NCBI RefSeq assembly: GCF_006345805.1
Contig: NC_043010.1
Location: 5,456,001 to 5,520,000, forward strand
Direction: 5' to 3'
Length of the DNA: 64,000 bases
From: Octopus sinensis
Taxonomy: Eukaryota
The position numbers and the translations under genes are program-made. The notes below the pieces were generated by a model. The model had not been told where the DNA came from. It worked only from the letters and a program-made list of their open reading frames with translations, and ran no database searches. Of this stretch, positions 14,612 through 27,623 are shown piece by piece (the stretch's first letter is position 1; each line of letters starts with the position of its first letter).

Positions 14612-15150
14612 TTTTCTTCTTCTTCTTTCTTCTTCTTCTTCTTCTTCTTCTTCTTCTCTTCTTCTTCTTTCTTCTTCTTCTTCTTCTTCTTTCTCTTCCT
14701 TCTCTTCTTCTTCTTCTTCTTCTTTTTTCTTCTTCTTCTTCTTCTTTCTTCTTCTTCTTATTCCTCTTCTTCTTCTTTTCTTCTTCTTCTTCTTCTTCTT
14801 CTTCTTTTCTTCTTCTTCTTCTTCTTCTTCTTCTTCTTCTTTCTTCTTCTTCTTCTTTCTTCTTCTTCTTCGTCTTCTTCTTCTTTTCTTCTTCTTCTTC
14901 TTCTTCTCTTCTCTTCTTCTTCTTCTTCTCTTCTCTTCTTCTTCTTCTTCTCTTCTTCTTCTCTTCTTTTCTTCTTCTTTTCTTCTTCTTCTTCTTCTTC
15001 TTCTTCTTCTTCTTCTTCTTCTCTTCGTTTCTTCTTTTTCTTCTATCTTCTTCTTCTTCTTCTTCTTCTTCTCTTCTGTTCTTCTTCTTTCTTCTTTCTT
15101 ATTCTTCTTCTTCTTCTTCTTTCTCCCTCCTCTTCCGCTCTTCTTCTTTC
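13610..15150. repeat. About 1.55-kb degenerate (TTC)n.(GAA)n tract, preceded by (GTC)n at 13558-13600
   Basis: Read directly; the plus strand is almost entirely pyrimidines. Confidence 0.98.
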
Positions 15151-16489
15151 TTTTCTTCCAATCAGGACTCACGCCATTAGCCACAAAGAATAATCACTAA
15201 TTCGAGCCTACTCTAAGCTACTAAGAATGCATGTGGCAACTTGAAGATCCACCCACCACACGTGAGAGACTGGCAGTTGCACAGGTATGGAAGCTACTTT
15301 GTTATCCTCATTCTGTAAACAGTGGCTTTTAACGAGTGGAGAGCTGAACCATCTTGATGTACAAAGGATTCACAATCTAGACTAGGGTCTGAGAGTTTAG
15401 CACACCATAGTGGGTTATACCATGGTTCCTATGCTTTGTGGCAGAAGTAGGAAGAAAGAGTGAGAGAAAGTTGTGGTGAAAGAGTACAGCGGAGTTCACT
15501 ACCCGCCTCGTGGAGCTTAGGTGTTTTTGCTCAATAAACACTCACAATGCCTGGTCTGGGAATCGAAACTGTGTTCTTACAACCGTGAGTCCACTGCCCT
15601 AACCACTGGATCATTGCACCTCCACTCTGATGGTGTTGACATTGATAGCCTCAGTTCAGCCCTGACCAAGGAGACTTACAATGGAACAACATCCTAACTG
15701 TGATCATCCTGTCTTTTTAAGTACATCTAGGATTTTTTTTTAATATCAAGGTGCAATTTTGAGGGATATTTGGCTACTTTTTCTAACAGGTTGGGTGACC
15801 ATGTAGACGAATCACCATGGTGCATGGTATCTAGTATTAGAAAGATGTGTAGTCTGGTGACTGAGACTGGCTGGATTAGTCAATAGAATTTCTTTTGTTT
15901 GTATCTTATTACCAATATCACTAAATCTCTCTCTTGCTCACACTTACTATCAAACTTCTTACACCAGTGTTGCCCATGATTAGTAATTACATCTAGGGAT
16001 ATAAAGACATCCTTAAATTCTTTGCTGGCAGTAACAGCATAATAGTATTGATGATAGAATACAAAATGCAAATATTAGGATCAGTTTTTGAGTTGCATAA
16101 CTTTGATCCTTGTGAAACATAAACTGCATTTGAAATATAATTACAGAAAACAGTTTGATTTTCAGGGATGATTCTAGATATTAAAGACCATACTAAGAAT
16201 AGTCAATTGTTGAAAAAATATACCAACATTTGTTAGAAGCCATAGAGATGGAATAGTTATCACTCTTAATTTATAAGGTTCGTTGTTGACAGAAAATACA
16301 ATTAGAGAATTTATCTTCATCATCGGCTTTTTGAATTGATGTTCACTTGTATGAATCAGATAAATTTTGTTGTGGCAGATTTCCTATGGTTTAATGATCT
16401 TCCTTTTTCTTTCTACTCAATAAAATTGCAACTTAGTCTGAGTTACACATTTTATTTTTGTATGTTTTACAATAATACAATATTATATA

Positions 16490-18510
16490 GAATAGATCCT
16501 GCTTTATAAATCCACTGATAATAAATCCACCCACTTAATGTATCCAAAATGGTGTGGGACGGAATTTTTACACAACAAAATCTATCGTTTAATAAATCCA
16601 AACCATTGCTTAGTAAATCCAATTGTCGCTGCTTCTTCCTAAAGTGTCAACAAGTGGCAGCGAATAAATGAAGTGCTTTTTTTTTTAACTCTTAAATACT
16701 GACAGGTAGGCTCCAGCAGCTACAGCCAGCCAGCTGTCTGTCACATGGTATACTCCATCATTAAAAAATAGATCAATAAATATGTAATAGTTGGTGGTGG
16801 CTGCTGGAGCCTACCACACAATCTTATCATTCAAGTAAAAAAAGTAGGCTCTGGGACACCTCTTGTCAAAATTATGTGCCCTTCTCCTTCATTGGATGAT
16901 GAAGTGTACCATGTGACAGCTGGTTGGTTGTGGCTGCTGGAGCCTATCTGTCAGTATTTAAGGGCAAAAAAAAATACACATCATTCGTGCAGAGAGGCAG
17001 ACACACACACAAATTGTTCAAAATGTTCAAAAGGGAAAGAGAGAGCAGGACAGGTCCGTGACAGAAAACATTAAATCATTAAAACATTACAAAGCTCTCG
17101 AGAAAACAACTCAGTGGGAAGCAGCACAGAGTTTGGGAATCCAGAATTTGCTAAGAATGAGGATGACCTTCGTGTCAAAGAACACAATGGCTGTTCATCA
17201 AAGAGAAAGCGCCAATGAGAGGGAAAGGACCAACAGATAGACAATGTTCTCTATGATTGGTTTCAATTTATTCGCTCAAAAAATGACCCCATCAATGGCC
17301 TGATCCTGATGCACAAAGCCAATACGATTGCTCAAGATGCTGAACATGATTTTGAGGCATCTGAAGGTTGGTTTTTATAGTTTTAGTGTTGGCAAAAAAG
17401 ACATGGAATATGGAATCCCTTTTTACTGTTCTAAAAGGTAAGCTTTGTAGTTCACTAGTTAACATTTCTCTTTAGAGAAACTAAACATTTCATACTTTGC
17501 AGGTGACGCAACTGAAGCTGATGTCAATGGAGTGCATCAATTTTGTGAGGCATCGATGCAGTTTTTGCTGAAATCGTACCAGCCACAGGACATCTACAAC
17601 ACTGATGAAACTGAGATCTACTTTCGTGAATTACCAGGGAATGCACATGTCAGCGAGAGTCGCAAGAAAACTGTGAGAAGCTTTAAAACAGCAAAGAACC
17701 CATGTGACCTTGATGGTGGCCTGCAACAGGAATGGAGACAAAGAAGACTTGCTCTTAATCAGAAAGGCTGGTTCACCAAGATGCTTCAAAAATGTCAAAA
17801 CACCTCCAATTCAGTACAATTTTTCAACCTACGCTTCGATGACAGAAAAAATCTATGGAAGATGGCTCAAATCTTGGAATCATCGTTAGCAGGAATCTGG
17901 AAGACAAGTGGTGGTCCTACTTGACAATTGCTCTCCTCATGTAGTCATCAATGATCTCAAGAATATCACTTTAAAATTTCTTCCCCGCAAAACGTCAGTG
18001 CTGCAGCCCTGTGACATGGGGATAATTAAGACCTTGAAAGCCTACTTCAAACATGAAATGCATGAGATCATTGATGTTATTATGGAAGACACTGAAACAT
18101 GACATTTTTGCCAAAGAAGTTGCCAAGCAGATCACCATTTTGGATGCCATGTACATGCTAAGCATAGCTTGTTAGAAGATTTCTAGCCAGACAATCAAAT
18201 ATTGTTGGCCCAAAGTTGGTTTTGTTTCAGCTGAGGAATCAAATGAAGCCGCAGACATTAATGAAGATTTGTTCCTGCATTTACTGCCGACTGGATTGAC
18301 CAAAAAGCAATTTGAGAACTGGTTGTCCGTAGATGATGGTGCTGTTGTTGATGTTGCTCCAGAGATCATCACTAAAGGAGAAAAACTAGAGGAGATCATT
18401 CATGACATTCGGCAATCTGAGAAGGAAACTGAAGGAGATGAAGATGGCGATTGCAACATTGATGTTGATGAAAAGGTTCCAGAGCCTCCAACACCAGCTG
18501 AAATGAGACA
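16490..18510 (+). mobile_element. Decayed pogo/Tigger-like DNA transposon (CENP-B-type HTH plus DDE_1 transposase pseudogene)
   Basis: Motifs WQKRHGI, YQPQDIYNTDETEIYFRELP and VVLLDNCSPH...FLPRKTSVLQPCDMGIIKTLK across frameshifted ORFs 17532-18102. Repeated ataaatcc motifs lie near the approximate left end. Confidence 0.85.
16688..16964. mobile_element. piggyBac-like MITE nested in the pogo relic
   Basis: Inverted repeats of about 70 bp (16691-16760 versus 16895-16962); ttaa-ctctt...aaggg ends, right TSD decayed. Confidence 0.55.
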
Positions 18511-18514
18511 CTCT

Positions 18515-18736
18515 TTACTCTTTTACTCTTTTACTCTTTTACTTGTTTCAGTCATTTGACTGCGGCCATGCTGGAGCACCGCCTTTTAGTCGAGCAACTC
18601 GACCCCGGGACTTATTCTTTTGTAAGCCCAGTACTTATTCTATCGGTCTCTTTTGCCGAACCGTTAAGTTTCGGGGATGTAAACACACCAGCATCGGTTG
18701 TGAAGCAATGCTAGGGGGACAAACACACACACACAA

Positions 18737-18767
<31 letters not shown>

Positions 18768-18936
18768 CATATATACGACAGGCTTCTTTCAGTTTCCGTC
18801 TACCAAATCCACTCACAAGGCATTGGTCGGCCCGGGGCTATAGCAGAAGACACTTGCCCAAGATGCCACGTAGTGGGACTGAACCCGGAACCATGTGGTT
18901 GGTTAGCAAGCTACTTACCACACAGCCACTCCTGCA
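18515..18936 (-). mobile_element. SINE family A, full length
   Basis: Same family as 19687, opposite strand. Confidence 0.92.
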
Positions 18937-19686
18937 CACTGTCTCACTCGATTACAAAATGGCCTTGAAAGTTTTAATTTCAGTGACATGAATCTTTTTA
19001 GAACTCTAAAGGGAAAAAAAAAATAATAAATGCAGAGTTGCAAACAATGTGTTCTACTTTGTTTATCCTGGTGTTTTAGAGTAATTTGGCTATAGTTTGT
19101 AAATTTGAGGGTAATCTGGTTATAGTTTCTTGCAGGTTGAGCAACCATGTAAAAACCTATTGTTCGCTTGGTATCTATGCATTTGTGGGCGTGTCTGTGT
19201 ATGCTTGTGTGTACATGCATGAGTCTGTGTTTGTTGTATGCATGCATGTGTGTGGTTCTGTGTGCACCTGTGTATGACTCTGCACATATATATGAGAGTT
19301 TATGCGGTGGAGAAATGCATGTGCATGCGTCAGGTGGTTCTGTGCATATGTGCGTATATAAACGTTGCTATGTGCAATTGAGTGCTTGTATGAGTAGAGA
19401 TAGAAGCATGTCATGCTGCTGCACAATATGAGTAAACATCTTTGTATACCAAACCATTAACAACATTGATATTTACAGAGATTTAAAGACAAAATCTGAT
19501 ACTAAAAACAGTTATGTTAAAGCTGAATAAACAAAACTTATGCAGAAGAAACTACGTTTTGGCAAATTAGCAATAATAAGCTGGCAAATCTAAATTTTTT
19601 TCTTAAGATATTTCCTTTCTTTCTCTAAAATCATTTCCATACACATCCATAGCTTCTTCATGGTTTTTAGAAATAGCAACGAAATA

Positions 19687-20098
19687 GGCGCAGGAGTGAC
19701 TGAGTGGTAAGTAGCTTGTTTACCAACCACATGGTTCCGGGTTCAGTCCTACTGCGTGGCACCTTGGGTAAGTGTCTTCTGCTATAGCCTCGGGCCGACC
19801 AAAGCCTTGTGAGTGGATTTGGTAGACGGAAACTGAAAGAAGCCCGTCGTATATATGTATATATAATATATGTATGTGTGTGTGTTTGTGTGTCTGTGTT
19901 TGTCCCCCTAGCATTGCTTGACAACCGATGCTGGTGTGTCTATGTCCCCGTTACTTAGCGGTTCGGCAAAAGAGACTGATAGAATAAGTACTGGGCTTAC
20001 AAAGAATAAGTCCCGGGGTCGAGTTGCTCGATTAAAGGCGGTGCTCCAGCATGGCCACAGTCAAATGACTGAAACAAGTAAAAGAGTAAAAGAGAGTA
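19687..20098 (+). mobile_element. tRNA-derived SINE, family A (reference copy)
   Basis: A-box tggctgtgtgg-like, B-box ggttcagtcc, accttgggcaagtgtctt core, central (TA)/(TG)n and (AAGAGTA)n tail. Confidence 0.92.
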
Positions 20099-20304
20099 AA
20101 TGAGTAAATCTTTAAAAAAGTGAAGTATGCATCATACTTTACTTTATGCACCATGGCTGAAAAAGAAAAACAAAAAAAACAAAAAACAGAGAAAACAGAC
20201 TGGGTGTATATAGCTGGAATGCCTTTGATCATAAATCTGTTCAGTCAGGACAAACTCGGGGTTTAACAATAATAATGGCAACAACCACAACTACCAGTTG
20301 ACAG

Positions 20305-21830
20305 CAGCATGTTAGATAAACTAAAGCAATTATGGATATGAAAGCAGAGAAAGCTGCTGGTCCATCAGAAATTACTGTTGAGGTGCTTAAAATATCTGGT
20401 GGAGTCACCCAGTATAGTAAATCAGGTTATACAGGAAAGTGTCATGCCCAACAACTAGTACAGCAGTACTGTAGTCAACCATTACAAGGGTAAAGTAATT
20501 ACAGGGGTACCAAATTGTTGAACAAGGTCATTAAAGTTATGGAGAGTGTTATAGTCTAATTAATTAGGAACAGAATGAAACCAGATGAGATACCAAATAA
20601 TTTCATACCAAGAAGTACTATTGATGCCCTGTTTCTAGCAAGAGGTATTTAGCTCAAAGCAAGACACTGTACTTGTCATTTGTTGACCTGGCCTCTATTG
20701 ACCAGGCCTCTTACTCTGTGATTTGCTAGTCCCCAAGGAAGTTAGGAGTGGATGAATGGCTTGTGAAAGCCATACAATCAATGTGCAGGGGTGTTGTTAG
20801 TAAGGGGAGAGTTGGTAGTGAGTACAGCAACGAATTTTGGTGTACAGGTAGGAGTTCACCAGGGCTTGGTTCTCAGTCCTCTCATGATAGTCCTCCAAGA
20901 TATAAATGAGGAACTTAAGACTGGTTGCTTTTGTGCCTTTGGAAACTATTATATGCTGATGATCTTATTCTCATAACAAAATCTGTTGTAAAATTAGAAA
21001 ATAAATTGCAGGTGTGGAAACAAAACCTAGAATTAAAGGGCCTAAAAGTCAAGTTAACAAAGACCAAAATTCTAGTTTGCCAGAAAACAGCCAAAACTCT
21101 ACTCTCTTCAGGAAAATGGCCCTAATTAATCAGTAGAAATTCCATGCAGTGTACTCAGTGCAAGTTATGGATGCAGAAAATGTGCAGTGAAATTACAGAA
21201 AGTAGACTTTATATGCAGCAGTGGTGCAGGAGCAATAAGCACTATGATTAAATAGGAAATAGATTTTCTTGAATGCCCATCAGGCTCCCTAGGGGTAGCA
21301 GATAGTTTCCATTACTTGGTTGAACTAATTGGCAGTGGAAGAGGATATAACGGAAGTATAGCTGTTAGAATAAGAACAGAATGGAGAAAGCAAAAGAATA
21401 GGAGTAAGAAAAGCCTTTCTTCTAGAAAGTCTGGTTGTATGATGCTTGTGTATGAATAAATGGTAATGACACATGATTGTGAGGCACAATATCAGTATGC
21501 AAGTATGACAAAAATTGTGAATGTACAAAGAGAAAAGTTGGGCATAAAAGAAATCAGATGTAGTGTGCAAGGATAAGAATGGTTGAATAAAGAGGTGCCA
21601 ATCACTAAATATGGATGGAACTTATGAAAGGGGGAGACCCAGGAAGACATAGGACAAAATAGTAAAGGCTGATCTCAAGATACTGAGCCTCATAGATAAG
21701 ATGACAAACAACCAAGATGATTTGGAGTTTGTTGTTCTTGAGAAGCCCTGTTTGACTTGACAAAAGTGAGGTCTTAAGGGAATTATGCTGAAGTCTATAC
21801 ACTCACTGGGCCCAATCCTTGCACCCAATC
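20305..21830 (+). mobile_element. Decayed RTE-clade LINE (RT region to C-terminus)
   Basis: KAAGPSEITVEVLKISG, GVQVGVHQGLVLSP, LLYADDLILI...WKQNLELKGLKV, with many frameshifts. Confidence 0.85.
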
Positions 21831-21906
21831 TATTCCCTTCACTCATCTAATGACTATTTTTTTGCTGTTATAATCATATGAGAATAAAATATACATAAAA
21901 TATATA

Positions 21907-22301
21907 GGCGCAGGAGTGGCTGTGTGGTAAGTAGCTTGCTAACCAACCACATGGTTCCGGGTTCAGTCCCACTGCGTGGCATCTTGGGCAAGTGTCTTCT
22001 TCTATAGCCCCGGGCCGACCAATGCCTTGTGAGTGGATTTGGTAGACGGAAACTGAAAGAAGCCTGTCGTATATATGTATATATATGTATATATGTGTGT
22101 TTGTGTGTGTGTTTGTCCCTCTAGCATTGCTTGACAACCGATGCTGGTGTGTTTACGTCCCCGTCACTTAGCGGTTCGGTAAAAGAGACCGATAGAATAA
22201 GTACTGGGCTTACAAAGAATAAGTCCCAGGGTCGATTTGCTCGACTAAAGGCGGTGCTCCAGCATGGCTGCAGTCAAATGACTGAAACAAGTAAAAGAGT
22301 A
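21907..22301 (+). mobile_element. SINE family A, full length
   Basis: Same family as 19687. Confidence 0.92.
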
Positions 22302-22593
22302 TATATTTCATACCATTTTGTGCTACCATTTACCTCCCTGTTGCTTAGAAACACATCTTTTAAAACTCCACCCCTCATTCTCAATATCAGCCCTTCCTAC
22401 TTTATTTCATACCAATTATCCCTTTCTGTCTTTCCCTCTCCATCTTAGGACTGTTACTGCATTATCTTTAACATCCTCTCCTATTATGCTACCATTCTCA
22501 TCATCCAGTAATATCTATCATCAACAGCCTATACCAACTTTTGTATCCCACACATTATAGCCATCCCTTTGTACCTCTAATATCTATCTCTGT

Positions 22594-22982
22594 GTGGAGG
22601 CGCAATGGCCCAGTGGTTAGGGCAGCGGACTCGCGGTCATAGGATCGCAGTTTCGATTCCCAGACCGGGCGTTGTGAGTGTTTATTGAGCGAAAACACCT
22701 AAAGCTCCACGAGGCTCCGGCAGGGGAGATGGTGGTGATCCCTGCGGTACTCTTTCGCCACAACTTTCTCTCGCTCTTACTTCCTGTTTCTGTTGTACCT
22801 GTATTTCAAAGGGCCGGCCTTGTCACTCTCTGTGTCATGCTGAATATCCCCGAGAACTACGTTAAGGGTACACGTGCCTGTGGAGTGCTCAGCCACTTAC
22901 ACGTTAATTTCACGAGTAGGCTGTTCCGTTGATTCGGATCAACTGGAACCCTCGTCGTCGGAACCGACAGAGTGCTTCCATC
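22594..22982 (+). mobile_element. tRNA-derived SINE, family C, with 12-bp TSD; partial minus-strand copy at 15470-15625
   Basis: Head ggaggcgcaatggcccagtggttagg...ttcgattccc; TSD atctatctctgt at 22582-22593 and 22983-22994. Confidence 0.9.
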
Positions 22983-23649
22983 ATCTATCTCTGTCATTGT
23001 ACATATCTTTCCTTTGCACCTCCACCCTCCTACCTCATGCACCATCCCCATATTTTTCAGTTTTCCCTCAGGTTTAATATGCTACTTCTTACCTCCCTTC
23101 CTGCACTACCACTTCTCACTTCTTCTCTTCTGAGCTACTCCTATTATTTCACCTTCTCCCTACCCCCATACTGCTACTTACCATCAAACACACCTCCACC
23201 CTTATTTCAATCACTTTCACATTCATCTCTAACTATCTTTCACTCTCTCTTCATACACTAATAAACTTTTCAATTAATAAACTGTCACTAAATTCCAGTA
23301 CATAATTAAAATGCATTAAATCTTGATGGAACAAACTTGCATACATATGTAGATTCAGCTAAAAAGATCACAGGGAGCAGCATATTTAGAATAAAAAGCA
23401 GTAAAGCATAGATTTAACAAATAGTTTATAATTTAATTTTGCTCAAAATTTCTCTTAATATTATAATACATTACTATATTACAAAAACGCATACCTAAAT
23501 ATTTCAATGAAATATATAATTATGTGAACTGATATTTTATGCCATTGAAACAGCTGTTGTGCACAATTGAATTATGACCTAAGGAGACCTGTAGAGTCAA
23601 GTACATCAACATCAAAATAAATGTCAAAGGGAAATAGTAGTTGTGATAC

Positions 23650-24035
23650 CTGTGCTGGTGGCACGAAAAAAGCACCATCCAAACGTGGCTGATGCCAGCG
23701 CCGCCTTGACTGGCTTCTGTGCTGGTGACACGTAAAAAGCACCAACCGATCGTGGCCACTGCCAGCACCCCCTGGCACGTAAAAAGCACCAATCCAATCA
23801 TGGCCACTGCCAGCTCCCCCCTTGGCACCTGTGCTGGTGGCACGTAAAAGTACCCACTACACTCATGGAGTGGTTGGCATTATGAAAGGCATCCAGCTGT
23901 AGAAACACTGCCAGATCAGACTGGAGCCTGGTGCAGCCTTCTGGCTTCCCAGATCCCCGGTCGAACCGTCCAACCCATGCTAGCATGGAAAACGGATGTT
24001 GAAAGATGATAATGATGATGATGATGACGATGATG
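23650..24035 (+). mobile_element. (GAT)n-tailed repeat, family D, probably the 3' end of an RTE-type LINE or SINE; copies at 376-645(-), 803-1165(-), 35826-36030(+), 44340-44645(-)
   Basis: Internal sub-repeats tggcacgtaaaaagcacc, conserved ggaagggcatccagctgtagaaac, ending gttaaacgatgatgat. Confidence 0.75.
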
Positions 24036-24285
24036 AATTTAATGTGAAATTGCTGCTTTTCCATTTTTTACTCTCTCTCTCTCTTCTCAATTTCTTTCTC
24101 TGTATGTGTGTGTATTCATGTCTTTGTGATTGTGTGTGTGTGTGTGTGTGTGCATGTGTATGTGTGTATGTGTGTGTGTGTGCATAAAGAGAGAGAGACA
24201 GACAGAAACAAATGTATGCACACCTATACAATAGTATCTGCACAAAATGTTTACAGTATCTTATTAATTAAGTAATTCTAATTAA

Positions 24286-24505
24286 CCCTTTTGTTACTGT
24301 ATTTATTTTGAGATGCTCTGTGTTTCTTTCAGTTACTTTAAATATAACAAAGAATTTCGTAAAATAACTTAGTTATCATTAAGCTAGTGTTAGGAACATA
24401 AATTGTGACTAAGGTTTGGTGGAAGATTTTAATTGAAAACTTATGAAAACAAGACATTTGTACTCAGAGCCAAAGGCGGTTTTGGCAGGGTTGGTAATGA
24501 AAGGG
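24286..24505. mobile_element. piggyBac-like MITE
   Basis: TTAA|CCCTTTTGTTAC...GTAATGAAAGGG|TTAA. Confidence 0.8.
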
Positions 24506-25012
24506 TTAAATACATATATATAATATATTGCAATATATTTTATTGTTTTCATTTACATAATATTTACAAAATGATTTTTTCTCAAGTTCTTTACATTAAT
24601 GTCAACATTTGTGTTATTACAATATGTGGTACTCCACATTAGTGTATAGTCTGTACTCTTTGCTGTACTTCTAGATCAAGTACCAATATATTGGCTATTA
24701 CAGTTTTGCAGTTGCTGTCTGCTTTTCTCACAATATTCTTATGATTCTTAAGTGCTTGATGCCTTTATTAAGGCTACATTTGAAGTTGATGCTGTTACCG
24801 CTGTTGTTATTATTACTGGTCAGTCCCAGGTTATTCTTGATTAAGCTATTTTCCATTCATGACCATCCCAGGAGAATCTACCATTACATCATCCGATGTT
24901 TCCTTCCTCCTTTCTTTTAGGATTAGTGCAGCATGATTTGAAGTAGACTTGGCTACTCTACTGGCAATTTGAGCAACCACTTAGATGATTTCTCTGTAGC
25001 TCAATATTGATG

Positions 25013-25146
25013 CTTGCCTACCAACCACATGGTTCCAGGTTCAGTCCCACTGCGTGGCACCTTGGGCAAGTGTCTTCTACTATAGCCTCGGGCCGACTAA
25101 AGCCTTGTGAGTGAATTTGGTAGACAGAAACTGAAAGAAGCCCGTC

Positions 25147-25197
<51 letters not shown>

Positions 25198-25574
25198 TAT
25201 ATATATGCATATGTGTGAGGGCGCGTGGCTTAGTGGTTAGGGCATTCGGCTCATGATCGTAAGGTTGTGAGTTCGATTCCCGGCGACGCGTTGTGTCCTT
25301 GAGCAAGACACTTTATTTCACGTTGCTCCAGTCCACTCAGCTGGCAAAAATGAGTTGTACTTGTATTTCAAAGGGTCAGCCTTGTCACTCTCTGTGTCAC
25401 GCTGATTATCCCCGAGAACTACGTTAAGGGTACACGTGTCTGTGGAATGCTCAGCCATTTGCACGTTAATTTCACGAGCAAGCTGTTCCGTTGATCGTAT
25501 CAGCTGGGACCCTCGTCGTCGTAACCGACGGAGTCTTTGATATGCATATATATATATATATGCATATATATATG

Positions 25575-25647
<73 letters not shown>

Positions 25648-26022
25648 TATATATATGCATATGTGTGAGGGCGCGTGGCTTAGTGGTTAGGGCATTCGGC
25701 TCATGATCGTAAGGTTGTGAGTTCGATTCCCGGCGACGCGTTGTGTCCTTGAGCAAGACACTTTATTTCACGTTGCTCCAGTCCACTCAGCTGGCAAAAA
25801 TGAGTTGTACTTGTATTTCAAAGGGTCAGCCTTGTCACTCTCTGTGTCACGCTGATTATCCCCGAGAACTACGTTAAGGGTACACGTGTCTGTGGAATGC
25901 TCAGCCATTTGCACGTTAATTTCACGAGCAAGCTGTTCCGTTGATCGTATCAGCTGGGACCCTCGTCGTCGTAACCGACGGAGTCTTTGATATGCATATA
26001 TATATATATATGCATATATATA

Positions 26023-26069
<47 letters not shown>

Positions 26070-26305
26070 GTGTGTGTGTGTGTATGTTTGTGTGTCTGTA
26101 TTTGTCTCCCCAACATCGTTTCACAACCGATGCTGGTGTGTTTACGTCCTTGTCACCTAGCGGTTTGGCAAAGAGACCGATAAAATAAGTACTGGGCTTA
26201 CAAAGAATAAGCCCCGGGGTCGATTTGCTCGACTAAAGGCTGTGCTCCAGCATGGCCACAATCAAATGACTGAAACAAGTAAAAGAATAAAGAAAGAATA
26301 AAGAA
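25013..26305 (+). mobile_element. SINE family A split by two tandem family B SINEs (about 25214-25525 and 25664-25990)
   Basis: A 5' half at 25013-25147 and A 3' half at 26075-26305; the B copies repeat with a 450-bp period. Confidence 0.88.
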
Positions 26306-27580
26306 TTGTTCTTTAAATATTCAAAGTTTGAAATTGAATATATTCCTGTTGTAATTAATTACATATGATTTCATACATATAGATATTGTAAATCAGCTAT
26401 CAGGAGACTTCGTTGTCTTCAACCATTCTTGAAGTAGAATATTTCCCTGATGTGTGATAAACTCTATGGATGTGAGGGTATCATTTTCTAATGTATATTT
26501 CACTATGTTATACAAACATTTTACTGTTTTGCTATTTTTCAAAAAATATTTTCATTTCTAGATGATGCAGTTTCTGATTAGCTCTAGACTCATTATTATT
26601 TATTATCATTGCCACAAAAAAAAAAAAAAAGAAAAATTAGGTCAAAGAAGACTAAATCTTTGGAATCAATTGTTTTACATTTTTACATGACAATAACTTC
26701 TGTGGGTTTTCTTCAAGAACCCCACAGTTTTGTTGTGTTTATTATTTTTTTTATTTGTAAATTAGCATCATAGAGTTGAAACCTGGAGTCTCCATTGGAG
26801 TCTCCATTGTCATACCAGACACATGAAAATTGTTCAAGAGAGGTGCTAACAGTAAGTGCCTGAACCATAACACATGAAATTGATATTACATACCTGAAAT
26901 CCTTCATTAAATAATAAAAATGGTTTCAAATTTTGCCACAAGTCCAGCAATTTCGGAGGAGGGGGTAAGTTGATTACATCGAACCAATATTCAACTGGTA
27001 CTTATTTTATTGACCTCAAAAGCATGAAAGGCAAAGTCAACCTTGGCAGAACTTAGACACAAGAGCTTAAGGATGAATGAAATGCCACTAAGTGTTTTGC
27101 CCAGATTGCTAACAATCCTGCCAGCATGCCACCTTCTTAATAATAATAATAATAATAATATTGATTTTAAATTTTGGTTCAAGGCCTGCAAGTTCAGAGG
27201 AGGAGTTAAATTGATCACATTGACCTCAGTGTTTAAGTGGTACTTATTTTATTGACCTTTTATTGACCAAAGGTGACCTTGGGCAGAATTTGAACTCAGA
27301 ACACAAAGACAGACGAAATCCTGCTAAACATTTTGCCCGGCATACTAACAGTTCTACCAGCTCACGACCTTTATAATAATAATAATAGTAATAATAGTAA
27401 TAATAATAATAATAATAAAAATAATAATAATGATGATGATAATAATAATAATAATAATAATAGTAATAGACGCCACCCCACTGGCCTACCAATGTATACT
27501 ATGAGTTTCTTTGCCCTAGGAGCCGGGAAGACACTCGGCAAGAAATGGAAGCAAATTTGAAAGGAGAAGAAAAAATGATG

Positions 27581-27623
<43 letters not shown>

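Noticed and set aside
13470-15200. Long ORFs of 576, 548 and 257 aa
   Set aside because: They are translations of the (TTC)n tract, which lacks stop codons by composition.
22596-22670. Possible tRNA gene; similar heads at 11743, 25218, 47789 and 48047
   Set aside because: A/B boxes are present, but there is no proper anticodon or acceptor stem, and each continues into a SINE body, one with a TSD.
26713-26907. Non-repetitive 64-aa ORF on the minus strand
   Set aside because: It lies downstream of the predicted stop, has no recognisable motif, and its splice signals are ambiguous.
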